Assembly (NCBI GenBank): GCA_903945435.1
Contig: CAJAVM010000025.1
Coordinates: forward strand, 705 to 64,704
DNA from: an uncultured bacterium
GTDB taxonomy: Bacteria; Patescibacteriota; Patescibacteriia; Patescibacteriales; UBA12465
Length of the DNA stretch: 64,000 nt
Direction: 5' to 3'
A model generated the notes under the pieces. It saw nothing but the letters and a program-made list of their open reading frames with translations, was not told where the DNA came from and searched no databases. Shown one piece after another: positions 1 to 9,152 of this stretch. The translations under genes and the position numbers were made by a program. Every line of letters begins with the position of its first letter. Position 1 is the stretch's first letter.

Positions 1-1074
1 GCTAGACTCAAGAACTAACTGTCCCATATTTCCAGTAGAGTTTCCGTAACCAGTAGCTATAGTTGGCGTTAATCCTTTTACATTAAGAATATTTCCAGTT
101 CCAGGAACAGTTGTTCCAATTCCGACTTTACCATTGCTTGTTATTCTCATCATTTCTCCTAAAGATTCATTATTTCTAGTTGAAAAAGCTAAATATGCAT
201 TATTTCCGGCAGATGTAGTTGTTAAATAAGAACCAATTTTAGCAAAGGCTCTATTGTCATTAAATCCATTAAATAATATTTCTGGACCAGTACCCGCAAC
301 AGTTGAGCCACTTGTTTGTAATAATAAAACAGAGTTCAAAGATGTTTTTATTTCTAAAGGTGCCCCTGGATTAGTTGCCCCAATTCCCACATTCCCAGCA
401 TTAGAATTATAAATATGGGTTCCGTTTGTAGTCCATTGTCCGCCACCACCAGCTGAAACAATTTCACCCCAAGCAGCCTTACAATCTTCTTCAATACAAA
501 GTCGATTTGCTTTTACATCTCCTTCAACCGCTAGAGAAGCATCGTATCTAACCGGAGCACTTGAGGTTCCATAAAAAAATCCATTCCCATCGCCATAATT
601 TCCTAACAATAAAGTTGTATTCCCTGAACCAGAATTTACTATCAATGATTTATTATGGTCGATTGAAAAATCTCCAGCCGAAAGAGTTAATTTAGCAGTT
701 GGGTTTGTTGTTCCAATTCCTAGATTACCTGGAAAAGAATAGGCTGGAGTCCCGCCACTTAAATTACTATTAAAAGCACCAGGGGAAACATATCCCGCAC
801 TAAGTGAAAGACTGGTTGCTCCGTTCACTGTTAAACTCGTCGGCGTTGCAACCGTTCCAATCGTTAAAGCTCCAGTTAAGGTTGCCGCTCCATCTTTATT
901 CAAAAAATCATACTGTAAATTATTCCAATCAGTCGAAGTTAAATTTCCATCCGCCGGCTTAGAATAACTATTTAAAAAGACCGCTGAAGCACTGCGTGAA
1001 AAAAACAAAAAAGACCCGACTAATAAAATAGCGGCCGTAAATTTAAACTTATTTTTCCCTGAAATTAGGGGCAT
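1..1074 (-). CDS. Secreted fibre/adhesin-like protein with GNVGIGT repeats (partial, runs off the window; not in ORF track)
   Basis: Manual translation from ATG at 1074 is open to position 1: MPLISGKNKFKFTAAILLVGSFLFFSRSASA (signal peptide), then GNLGIGTTNP, GNVGIGATNP and EMMRITSNGKVGIGTTVP, motifs typical of tail-fibre-like proteins. Confidence 0.8.
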   Translation of the reverse strand, partial: MPLISGKNKFKFTAAILLVGSFLFFSRSASAVFLNSYSKPADGNLTSTDWNNLQYDFLNKDGAATLTGALTIGTVATPTSLTVNGATSLSLSAGYVSPGAFNSNLSGGTPAYSFPGNLGIGTTNPTAKLTLSAGDFSIDHNKSLIVNSGSGNTTLLLGNYGDGNGFFYGTSSAPVRYDASLAVEGDVKANRLCIEEDCKAAWGEIVSAGGGGQWTTNGTHIYNSNAGNVGIGATNPGAPLEIKTSLNSVLLLQTSGSTVAGTGPEILFNGFNDNRAFAKIGSYLTTTSAGNNAYLAFSTRNNESLGEMMRITSNGKVGIGTTVPGTGNILNVKGLTPTIATGYGNSTGNMGQLVLESS

Positions 1075-1187
1075 GAATGCTTAATCAAAAACTTTTTTAT
1101 ACCCTCTGACTTTTATATTCTGTTAACTAAATTATATCATTTTTTTAATTTACTGCCAAGCATTTTTAAGCTGATTTTTCAACTGAG

Positions 1188-1434
1188 CTATCTTACAAAA
1201 TACCCGCCAGTTTTGCTGCCGCCCCTATATTCTATTTTATTATCACTTTTCAATTTCTTTAACCATCGCTCTATGGTTCCTAGCGGCTTTTTAATTATTT
1301 TTGATAAACTATTAGCTCTGAGCCCTGGCTTCTCTTTTATAATCTTTAGCAATTCACTTACTCCATCACTTACTCCATCACTTACTCCATCACTTACTCC
1401 ATCACTTACTCCTACATTCCTTTTATGGTATATC
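1188..1434 (-). pseudogene. Start-less remnant of a C-terminal winged-helix domain (type found on Fic/AlbA/RecG-like regulators)
   Basis: Minus frame reads (GVSD)4-GVSELLKIIKEKPGLRANSLSKIIKKPLGTIERWLKKLKSDNKIEYRGGSKTGGYFVR*; in-frame TGA TAA lie directly upstream and no ATG/GTG/TTG precedes the domain. Confidence 0.7.
1354..1413. repeat. 12-bp tandem repeat TCACTTACTCCA x5
   Basis: Four exact copies and one with a single mismatch, read directly. Confidence 0.95.
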
Positions 1435-1503
1435 TTTTATCATCCAATGATTAAAAAGATATAACTAATTATGCATCATGCGTTATTTTTGCCAAACATA
1501 AAA

Positions 1504-2748
1504 CTATCGAGATAGCAGCCATTTCCAGAGCGGCATAATTCTTATCTTAAAAGAACCAACTCTTCGCTCTTCTTCTGTGTCATTCGTAAGAATTAGCCCC
1601 TCTTTCAAATTATATTTTTTTAAAGCTGATACAAGACCATTTATTTCTCGCTCACTGTTATTATGATTTAGAGCTTCCGTCACCTGGATAGCTTCAGATA
1701 TTTTTAACCCTTTTCTAACAATAAAATCACATTCGCCATTATCTTTATGATAATAGATTTCCTTTTCCTGTCTTTTAAGTTCCAAAAAAACTAAATTTTC
1801 TAAGTAGCGTCCACTATTTTCAGAGAAACGAAAAGAGACAGCCTTAATCATACCAGGGTCTATACCATAAACTTTTCTATCATTTATCATTTGCTTGCCA
1901 ATAGAATAATCGTATTTATAAAGTAAAAAAACAAGATAAGCCTCTTCTAAATAACCAATATAATTTTTTACCTGGCTAACACTCTTGAAACCTAATAGTT
2001 TTTTTAAATTGTTAAAACTTATCGGTGCGCCGATGTTTGATAAAAGATATAAAACAAGCTCTCTAAAGGCCTTATCATCCTTAATTTTAAATCTAACTAA
2101 AAGATCTTTAACGAGAACATCTTGATATAGTTGTTTCAATTCCTCTCTATTTCTGCTAGCTAAAACTTCCGGAAAACCACCATATTCCAAATATTCTTGA
2201 AAGCTTTTCTTTAAACCTGCTCGACCACTTGTTGTTTCTAGGCTATTTTTATCTAAGTGATAATATTTTAAATATTCCTTAAAGCTAAAAGGATATAATT
2301 CCGTTTTTAAATGGCGACCGGTTAGAGCGGTACCAAGCTCACGACTAAGCAAATTAGCGCTACTACCGGTAATAAAAATCTTGTAACCATTTGCAAAAAG
2401 GCGACCGACAAATTTTTCCCAGCCATTAATATATTGGATTTCATCAAACAAAATAACTTTCTGCTCGCCATAAAGTTCAATAAAAATTTCTAGCAAATAA
2501 TTAAAATCCGAGCTCTTAAAATTTAAAAGACGCTCATCTTCAAAATTTAAGTAATAAAAATTCTTGTAACTACCGGCGAGTTGTTTAAGCAGTGTTGATT
2601 TACCGCAACGTCTAATACCGGTAATAATAAATATTTTTTTGGTTTTAAGAGCAGCGTCTGAGATCGCTCTTTCCAAATAAATTCCTTTCTTACGAAATAA
2701 ATCATTTTGCTCAAGCACGACCTCTTTAATTATACTTTTATTTATCAT
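1504..2748 (-). CDS. AAA+ ATPase, AAA_14/DUF4143 (COG1373) family
   Basis: Walker A GIRRCGKST, Walker B LFDEIQ, ITGSS, YGGFPE, C-terminal ECDFIV. Confidence 0.9.
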   Translation of the reverse strand: MINKSIIKEVVLEQNDLFRKKGIYLERAISDAALKTKKIFIITGIRRCGKSTLLKQLAGSYKNFYYLNFEDERLLNFKSSDFNYLLEIFIELYGEQKVILFDEIQYINGWEKFVGRLFANGYKIFITGSSANLLSRELGTALTGRHLKTELYPFSFKEYLKYYHLDKNSLETTSGRAGLKKSFQEYLEYGGFPEVLASRNREELKQLYQDVLVKDLLVRFKIKDDKAFRELVLYLLSNIGAPISFNNLKKLLGFKSVSQVKNYIGYLEEAYLVFLLYKYDYSIGKQMINDRKVYGIDPGMIKAVSFRFSENSGRYLENLVFLELKRQEKEIYYHKDNGECDFIVRKGLKISEAIQVTEALNHNNSEREINGLVSALKKYNLKEGLILTNDTEEERRVGSFKIRIMPLWKWLLSR

Positions 2749-2763
2749 ATTTTGACTTTTAAA

Positions 2764-2839
2764 TAATATACATTACCAATGTATATTAATAACTTATTTT
2801 ATACATTCACAGTGTATATTATTTAAAAACGATTGTCAA
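2764..2839 (-). promoter_or_regulatory. Sigma70-type promoter of the AAA ATPase with two palindromic operator-like sites
   Basis: Minus strand TTGACA-17-TACACT; palindromes TAATATACATT-acc-AATGTATATTA (2764-2788) and TATACATT-cac-AGTGTATA (2800-2818). Confidence 0.6.
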
Positions 2840-2853
2840 TTATGCTATAGAGC

Positions 2854-3231
2854 CTACCATCTAACTTCAACGCTTCTCTTAGTATTTCTGGAGTTGCCAA
2901 TTGAAGTATAAATACGTTCCCCGGCAGTTAAAAAATAAACATCGTAAGTCTCTTCTACACCGACTACCCCGCTAATTAACGGGTCAGGTGGAACAACAAA
3001 TCTATCATGACTTAAGGAGCCACTTCTAATCTGCCAAAGGATATCCTCAGTTCCTGATTCGGCCGCGAAATAAGCCTTGGTTGATTGTGCTTGAATGCCG
3101 CCCGCCTTAATTCCAAGCATAACAACATAAGAGCCGGAAATTGCAACAATCAACATCCCAGCAAGAACAAACATGGTAAGTATCATGGCGCTCCCAGTTT
3201 TATTAAATTTTAATTTCGGCCTTCGTAACAT
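2854..3231 (-). CDS. Minor pilin, PilX N-terminal type
   Basis: KTG|SAMILT leader lacking Glu5; KAYFAAESG motif. Confidence 0.8.
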   Translation of the reverse strand: MLRRPKLKFNKTGSAMILTMFVLAGMLIVAISGSYVVMLGIKAGGIQAQSTKAYFAAESGTEDILWQIRSGSLSHDRFVVPPDPLISGVVGVEETYDVYFLTAGERIYTSIGNSRNTKRSVEVRW

Positions 3232-3244
3232 CTCAACAACATAA

Positions 3245-3820
3245 TTATTTATAAAATCTAGATGCGATACTAGTTTGAATTTCTAATTGGGACTGGAAAC
3301 GGCTATCATCTAAAGCACTAGCTTGCACACGAATAGTTACTATTGGCTGGCCAGTATTATTTACCACAAATTTTAAATCACTCAACTGAATTTTTCTTGG
3401 AGAAATAAAACCAGAGTTACTATCTCTTACAATCTGGAATCGTTGCGTATTACTGGGTAAATCTAGGGCTAGCTGATAAGTAACGCACTCACCATAATAG
3501 TTTTTAAAAGAAAGTACATCACCGTAACTATTGGTTGAGAAATTAAAAATTTCCCCGACTGCCCCCGGACAGCTACCATCATTTTTTATAGCCATCCTAA
3601 CTTCCTTCCCTGTTACTTCAAAAAAATATTTCAAACTTTCTTGAACGTTTTGACTAGCAATCGCATTTCTTTGCCCATCGATAACCAAACGAAAAATTTC
3701 CGTTGCTGACATGATAATAATTACAAACAAAGAAACAGAGACTAAAACTTCAATTAAAGAAAACCCCGAATAAGATTTTCTATTTTTGATAATTTTATTG
3801 TTTCTAATTTTAGTAATCAC
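3245..3820 (-). CDS. Minor pilin (PilW/GspJ-like)
   Basis: Class III signal GFSLIEVLV. Confidence 0.85.
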   Translation of the reverse strand: MITKIRNNKIIKNRKSYSGFSLIEVLVSVSLFVIIIMSATEIFRLVIDGQRNAIASQNVQESLKYFFEVTGKEVRMAIKNDGSCPGAVGEIFNFSTNSYGDVLSFKNYYGECVTYQLALDLPSNTQRFQIVRDSNSGFISPRKIQLSDLKFVVNNTGQPIVTIRVQASALDDSRFQSQLEIQTSIASRFYK

Positions 3821-3832
3821 AAATTTAAAAAT

Positions 3833-4354
3833 TTAAGGATTAAGCCAATCAAATAAAGAGGCTTCTAAAACATAGCTATAGTCCTGATTATGCTCAGTCC
3901 AGCTAACAATAGAATGGACGATAATGGAATGAGTATTAGGAGCCGTTATTTCAATTATTCTATTAAAATTAGTTTGCGAAGCTCCTCCTCCATGCACATA
4001 AAAATCATCAGCATCTTTGTACAAATTACCATTATCTTCTGTAGCTAAAATATTAGGAGTTTCATCAGAATAACTCATATAATATTTACCTTCACCTAGA
4101 TTCTGATTAAATGGAGTACTATTCTTCCAGTTTGTATCCCTAACTTTACGTACTAATTCGACTCCTTCTTGGGCAAGCTGATAAGCAACAATACTATTCT
4201 TATTGATATTTTGGCCCTTTATGTTTTGAATAATTAAAGACAATACCCCTATCATACCTAAAGAAACGACAAACAAGACAGCTAAAATTTCTACTAGAGT
4301 AAACCCAGATTTATTTTTTAAATTTTTTATTTTCATGTTAACTATTTTAATCAC
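3833..4354 (-). CDS. Minor pilin (PilV/GspI-like)
   Basis: GFTLVEIL and AYQLAQEGVELVR. Confidence 0.85.
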   Translation of the reverse strand: MIKIVNMKIKNLKNKSGFTLVEILAVLFVVSLGMIGVLSLIIQNIKGQNINKNSIVAYQLAQEGVELVRKVRDTNWKNSTPFNQNLGEGKYYMSYSDETPNILATEDNGNLYKDADDFYVHGGGASQTNFNRIIEITAPNTHSIIVHSIVSWTEHNQDYSYVLEASLFDWLNP

Positions 4355-4958
4355 TTGAGACTTCCGCTAAACCTAAGAAATTAACCCTAATCGTTTTAAT
4401 AGTGTTGTTATTTAATTCTTTTAAATCAATCTCCAAAGCTGTTGAGGTTGCTCCGCTACTATAAATATATGTCTTTGGATCTGGTGGTAAAAATGTAACA
4501 CTAGCCGAATAACGTGAAGACTGACTATTCCCGATACGAATCGCATTAATTTCTGTTTCTGGCGGTAACTGAACAATACGTGCCCCCTTGCTTATATCTC
4601 CCTCTCCCGCGTTATTATAAACCATAGAGCCATAAGTCCCTGGCGTTTCTAAATCAGCAAAAAGTGTATATTGATTTCTATTGTTATATAAATCAAAGCT
4701 CACGCCCCATCCACCAGCCGGAACTGCATCTCCATATTTTAACAACCCTAAAGAATTATTTTGTGCCTGATGTAAATCAGCAACCAATGATTGTGCCGCC
4801 ATTACCAAATCAGTTCTTTTATTTGTAGTTCGATAGTTAGTCACAAAAATCGCAGTAATAAATACAATAATCGCCATACTAACTAAAAGCTCAATCAGAG
4901 ACATCCCCGTTAAAAAATTACTAGCGACATAAGTTTGATTTTTGTTTTTTAAAAACAT
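4347..4958 (-). CDS. Minor pilin (FimT/FimU/GspH-like)
   Basis: GMSLIELLV, AQSLVADLHQAQ, C-terminal IRVNFLG. Confidence 0.8.
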   Translation of the reverse strand: MFLKNKNQTYVASNFLTGMSLIELLVSMAIIVFITAIFVTNYRTTNKRTDLVMAAQSLVADLHQAQNNSLGLLKYGDAVPAGGWGVSFDLYNNRNQYTLFADLETPGTYGSMVYNNAGEGDISKGARIVQLPPETEINAIRIGNSQSSRYSASVTFLPPDPKTYIYSSGATSTALEIDLKELNNNTIKTIRVNFLGLAEVSSD

Positions 4959-4972
4959 AATTTTATTTTCAA

Positions 4973-6424
4973 TTATTCAGCCTTAACCTCACGCCAGAGT
5001 GGTAATTCATAATTAATCTCCAGAGAATTAGAAATACTACATTGATAATTATCAGAATCAATAACTGTTAGGGAAACCGAGGTAGTATTATCTTTTTCCC
5101 AAAAATTAATCAGGGTTGTTGAACTCGTACTAGCGGAAATTACAATACCGTTTCCAACAGCAGACCATTGGTACGTACACAAGCCAGGTTCACAACTTTG
5201 AGGCAACGGTTGACCAATAATATATGCTTCGGAACCAGCACTAGTAAATTCCGTGCTTGAGGCTCCAATATTAATTATTAGCGGGTCCCAAGTAAAAAAC
5301 GGATTAGGAAATTCATGTTTATAGGTTGTGAATGTATTAGGATTACCATCTGGGTCCCCGCCATTACTCAAAGCGCTATTAGTATTATACTGGTACCAGT
5401 CAGTTGCTTTATTGTCCACATCATATGCCCTAACCCACCAATAATAATTAGTATTGTATTTTAAACGTCCGCCACAATCTGGATTAGAATTAGAAATTAT
5501 ATATTGTGTTGCCTCCGCATTACCTACCTTACCCGACCAACAAACAGTCCCAGTTGAAGTACTAATAACATTATCCTCTCTAACTAAAACTTCATAAGCC
5601 GTTTGAGTACCGCTTAATTTTTCCCATCTTAAAACGGCATTAAGCGCCGTACTATTACAAGCGTTCGTATAGGACCAATTTGGAGCAGATAATTTTCCTA
5701 AACGCAAATTTTTTATATAAACTCGATACGGCCTAGTAGCACAAGTTGAAGACGGGTATGTTTCTCCCTCACAATTAAAACTTACATTTCCAAAGGTTGT
5801 CGCTGAATTTGGCATAGCGGTTCCAATAAAATCACCAAGTTCAACATTATAGCCGGCGGGAATAAAATCACCAGAACGCAATTTAACCGGTAATGGGGCG
5901 GCGGAATCAAGCTTTAACCATTCATCAGTTGCTTCAACTCGTGCCCAACCATGAATTGTCTGGTCAACTGTATCATAACAAGCAATACAGTCATTAGCCG
6001 AGGTACACTGAGAACAATGCGAAGAATTAAAAGAATAATTTGGAGGATTATGAGTACCATCGTGCTCGAAACTTATAAAACCAAGCGATGGATTCCAAGC
6101 TTTACCAAAAAAATTATTATTATCATCAATATAAACACCGTGATTAGATAGAGTACAAGGCGGCGAATAAAAATGAAAACCAGGATCTGCTGGCGGAGCT
6201 TTATATCTACTTTTTCCAATAAGATTCTGTGTTTCATTAAAAAGATTACCGATTACATCATCCTCACAATTAAAATAAATATAACCATAATCACCCCAGT
6301 AAGCCTTACCGCGAATAGTTGAAGTTGCCGCATTAACATTCGAAGTAAAAAAGAAAAAACCAGAGATTACAAAAATCACAGTGATCAAAAAATTTAATTT
6401 TTTTTGAAAATTAGTCATAGCCAA
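4973..6424 (-). CDS. Secreted Cys-rich hypothetical protein heading the minor-pilin operon
   Basis: Signal peptide ending VNA|A; GKAYW/GKAWN/GWAR repeats; FN3/PKD-like C-terminal half. Confidence 0.65.
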   Translation of the reverse strand: MAMTNFQKKLNFLITVIFVISGFFFFTSNVNAATSTIRGKAYWGDYGYIYFNCEDDVIGNLFNETQNLIGKSRYKAPPADPGFHFYSPPCTLSNHGVYIDDNNNFFGKAWNPSLGFISFEHDGTHNPPNYSFNSSHCSQCTSANDCIACYDTVDQTIHGWARVEATDEWLKLDSAAPLPVKLRSGDFIPAGYNVELGDFIGTAMPNSATTFGNVSFNCEGETYPSSTCATRPYRVYIKNLRLGKLSAPNWSYTNACNSTALNAVLRWEKLSGTQTAYEVLVREDNVISTSTGTVCWSGKVGNAEATQYIISNSNPDCGGRLKYNTNYYWWVRAYDVDNKATDWYQYNTNSALSNGGDPDGNPNTFTTYKHEFPNPFFTWDPLIINIGASSTEFTSAGSEAYIIGQPLPQSCEPGLCTYQWSAVGNGIVISASTSSTTLINFWEKDNTTSVSLTVIDSDNYQCSISNSLEINYELPLWREVKAE

Positions 6425-6461
6425 GAATACGCGAGTGTCTCATCAAAGTCTTGTATCAAAA

Positions 6462-6974
6462 TTATACCACTTTTTTCTTAAAAAATCCGCTGAGGTAGGT
6501 CTCTCCCAAAGTTATCATTGCGGTGCGCGTTTTTTCAGTCTTATCATCATACCCTAAAAGATGTAGTAATCCGTGAACAAGCAAAAAATAAAAAATATAA
6601 TCACGAGATTTTTTGTTTTCTGGCCCAAAGATTTCTTGATATTTTTTCACCCGCTCTGCCTCTTGAATATTAATAAAAATTTCACCGAGAAATGTAGGGG
6701 CTAACGGCACACTTTTAGCGATTAGCGGTTTTCTGGGATGTTTATCTTTTGTTATTTTTTGAAAATCGGACAACTGACTAGAAAAAGATAAAACATCTGT
6801 TGTTTTATCTATTCCTCTAAAAACACAATTCAAGCTCTGCATTTTCTTATCCCCAATTATAACTAAAGAAACTTCTTGATTGTTTTTTTTATAGAAATCC
6901 AATAAACCATCCGCAACAGCTATTGCTGTTTTTTTATTTATTTTTTGTTGAGTTTTATTTGTTATTTCTAGCAT
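6462..6974 (-). CDS. ybeY: rRNA maturation endoribonuclease YbeY
   Basis: TDVLSF, LGEIFI, HGLLHLLGYD motifs. Confidence 0.95.
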   Translation of the reverse strand: MLEITNKTQQKINKKTAIAVADGLLDFYKKNNQEVSLVIIGDKKMQSLNCVFRGIDKTTDVLSFSSQLSDFQKITKDKHPRKPLIAKSVPLAPTFLGEIFINIQEAERVKKYQEIFGPENKKSRDYIFYFLLVHGLLHLLGYDDKTEKTRTAMITLGETYLSGFFKKKVV

Positions 6975-6977
6975 ATT

Positions 6978-7982
6978 TTATTTTAAAATTTTTCTCACTT
7001 TTTTAGCTAAGACGTATAAATAATAGACTAATGATTTAAATGGGATATCAAACACGCCTGGATAACTACGTTCTTCCCCGCCAAAGCCTAATTTAAATCT
7101 TGTTACACCTGGCCATTTTTTTCCATCAATCCCATAAAAATCATAAATTTTAAAACCATCAATACGAGCTTGCCTAATTATTTCCCATTGCAATAAATAA
7201 GGTGCCATAATATTTCTAAACTCATTATCACTCGCTCCATGGAGATAAGTCGCTTTTCCGCTAAAATAGCAAACAACCGCCGCCGCAATTTTTTTACCCT
7301 CGTACTGTGCAAAAAATAATTTTATAAATCCTTGATTATCATTTCCGTTTCCAACTAAGTTCTGATAATGTTCTGTATCATGAATTCTAAAACTATCGCG
7401 CGCTCCAGTGAGCTCCATTAAACGGATAAATTCCGAAAAATCTTTTTCACCTCCCTCAATGATGTTAACCCGCTTTTTCTTAGCTAAATTAATATTATAA
7501 CGAGTCTTTTGATGCATCTCCGTTAACAGCTCCTCTTCGGTCTTTTGTAAATTTAAAACTAAAGTTTTTTTAGGTTGAATATCAGAAGCACAAATAAATT
7601 TCGCATCTTCCCAAAAATTATTTAATTTTTGTGCTGGTTCAATTCTTAAAAAAACCGCTTGCTTATCTATTTTTTTAAGTGCTAAAACAAGAGCATTAAA
7701 AACCTGATTTATTGTTTCAGCTGATAATCCTAATTTAAATATCGGACTACGACCAGCATACCAATATACAAATCGGCCGCCTAATGATTTCTTAGTCAAA
7801 CAAATTAAGCCTAAAATATTTTGCTCCTCCTCAACAACTGCTAAATATTTAATAGTCTTTTTTTCTTTAATTAAAATACTAGCCCACTCCGAACTACTCA
7901 AAAATTCCGATCCCGATTCCCCTGGATTAGAAACTATAAAATTGGTCAATATTTTATTATCGTTTATTTCAATTATTTTCAT
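6978..7982 (-). CDS. FemABX-family peptidoglycan bridge aminoacyltransferase
   Basis: MHQKTRYNINLA, YLHGAS, APYLLQWEII, YDFYGI, GVTRFKLGFGG; start taken as the ATG at 7982. Confidence 0.9.
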   Translation of the reverse strand: MKIIEINDNKILTNFIVSNPGESGSEFLSSSEWASILIKEKKTIKYLAVVEEEQNILGLICLTKKSLGGRFVYWYAGRSPIFKLGLSAETINQVFNALVLALKKIDKQAVFLRIEPAQKLNNFWEDAKFICASDIQPKKTLVLNLQKTEEELLTEMHQKTRYNINLAKKKRVNIIEGGEKDFSEFIRLMELTGARDSFRIHDTEHYQNLVGNGNDNQGFIKLFFAQYEGKKIAAAVVCYFSGKATYLHGASDNEFRNIMAPYLLQWEIIRQARIDGFKIYDFYGIDGKKWPGVTRFKLGFGGEERSYPGVFDIPFKSLVYYLYVLAKKVRKILK

Positions 7983-8005
7983 AAGAAAATTATAGCATAA
8001 AAACA

Positions 8006-8034
8006 AAAAGAGACCAGTTTGACTGATCTCTTTT
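8006..8034 (-). terminator. Intrinsic terminator after the pilin genes
   Basis: AAAAGAGATCAGT-caa-ACTGGTCTCTTTTT on minus strand. Confidence 0.8.
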
Positions 8035-8054
8035 AGAAATAAGAACTTAAGTTT

Positions 8055-8507
8055 TTATTTAATACCAGCTGGAGATGCGGTTTGAAGAGTATTACCAGCA
8101 ACACTATTAACAGTTGCCCCTAAACAATAGTTTAGAGTATATGCAGCAGTACCAGCGGTTCCTGTTCCTGATTTTGCATATTTGTACTGGGTTGTAAGAT
8201 CGGCCGCTAAAGCTCCACAAGTTGTACCATCAACCGGAGTTGGGGCAGCTGGGACAGCAGCTAAATAAGTACTACCACTATAAGCAATTGCGGATCCCGT
8301 AGTAATCGAGGCTGGATAATCGCCAGCGTCATTGTAATAAAGTTCCAAAGCGGTTTGAATTTGTTTAACATCAGAGATACGCTTAGCATCTCTAGCTCTA
8401 GCTCTAGCTTGATTTAATGCTAAGATTGATAGAGTTGATAATAAGCCAATAATGGCGATTACAACCAACAATTCAATAAGCGTAAATCCTTGTTTGTTTT
8501 GTTTCAT
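8055..8507 (-). CDS. Type IV major pilin, copy 2
   Basis: QG|FTLIELLVVIAIIGLLS, ARDAKRISDVKQIQTALELYYND, Cys pair. Confidence 0.92.
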   Translation of the reverse strand: MKQNKQGFTLIELLVVIAIIGLLSTLSILALNQARARARDAKRISDVKQIQTALELYYNDAGDYPASITTGSAIAYSGSTYLAAVPAAPTPVDGTTCGALAADLTTQYKYAKSGTGTAGTAAYTLNYCLGATVNSVAGNTLQTASPAGIK

Positions 8508-8632
8508 AATGGACCCTCTTAAAAGGTTAATCCCTATTTTACTACCGGTAAGTAAAATAATGATTAAAATTAAATAATTATTTATCTAAATTAATTATAG
8601 CAATGTTTAAAATAAGACACAATACTCAAGCT

Positions 8633-9085
8633 TTATTTAATACCAGCTGGAGATGCGGTTTGGAGAGTATTACCAATAACATTGTTAACAGTTGCCCCTA
8701 AACAATATCTTAATAGGTATGAAGCTGTACCCGCTGTACCAGTTCCTGATTTTGCATATACATAAGAAGTAGTATACGGAGTTCCTAAACCATTACAAGT
8801 GTTTCCATCGACTGGAGTTGGGGCAGCTGGGACAGCAGCTAAATAAGTATTACCTCCGTAAACGATTGGCGAACCAGTAATAATCGAGGCTGGATAATCG
8901 CCAGCGTCATTGTAATAAAGTTCCAAAGCGGTTTGGATTTGTTTAACATCAGAGATACGTTTAGCATCTCTAGCTCTAGCTCTAGCTTGATTTAATGCTA
9001 AGATTGATAGAGTTGATAATAAGCCAATAATGGCGATTACAACCAACAATTCAATAAGCGTAAATCCTTGTTTGTTTTGTTTCAT
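8633..9085 (-). CDS. Type IV major pilin, copy 1
   Basis: N-terminus identical to 8055..8507; same length (150 aa). Confidence 0.92.
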   Translation of the reverse strand: MKQNKQGFTLIELLVVIAIIGLLSTLSILALNQARARARDAKRISDVKQIQTALELYYNDAGDYPASIITGSPIVYGGNTYLAAVPAAPTPVDGNTCNGLGTPYTTSYVYAKSGTGTAGTASYLLRYCLGATVNNVIGNTLQTASPAGIK

Positions 9086-9152
9086 AGATGTTACAAAGGC
9101 TTAGACAAGTAAAAAATTACTTTAAGTCTATATAATAAAATAAAAATAAGTT

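Noticed and set aside
1..1074. Prophage tail gene
   Set aside because: Has a Sec-type signal peptide and no phage genes are nearby in the window
1354..1413. Possible CRISPR or iteron array
   Set aside because: Contiguous 12-mers without spacers, in frame as a GVSD linker; no cas or rep gene
1213..1464. Plus-strand 83-aa ORF with SLTP repeats
   Set aside because: Antisense shadow of the wHTH remnant; the minus frame has the recognisable domain
8055..9085. DGR template/variable repeat pair
   Set aside because: Differences are not adenine-specific, both copies are intact genes, and no reverse transcriptase is in the window
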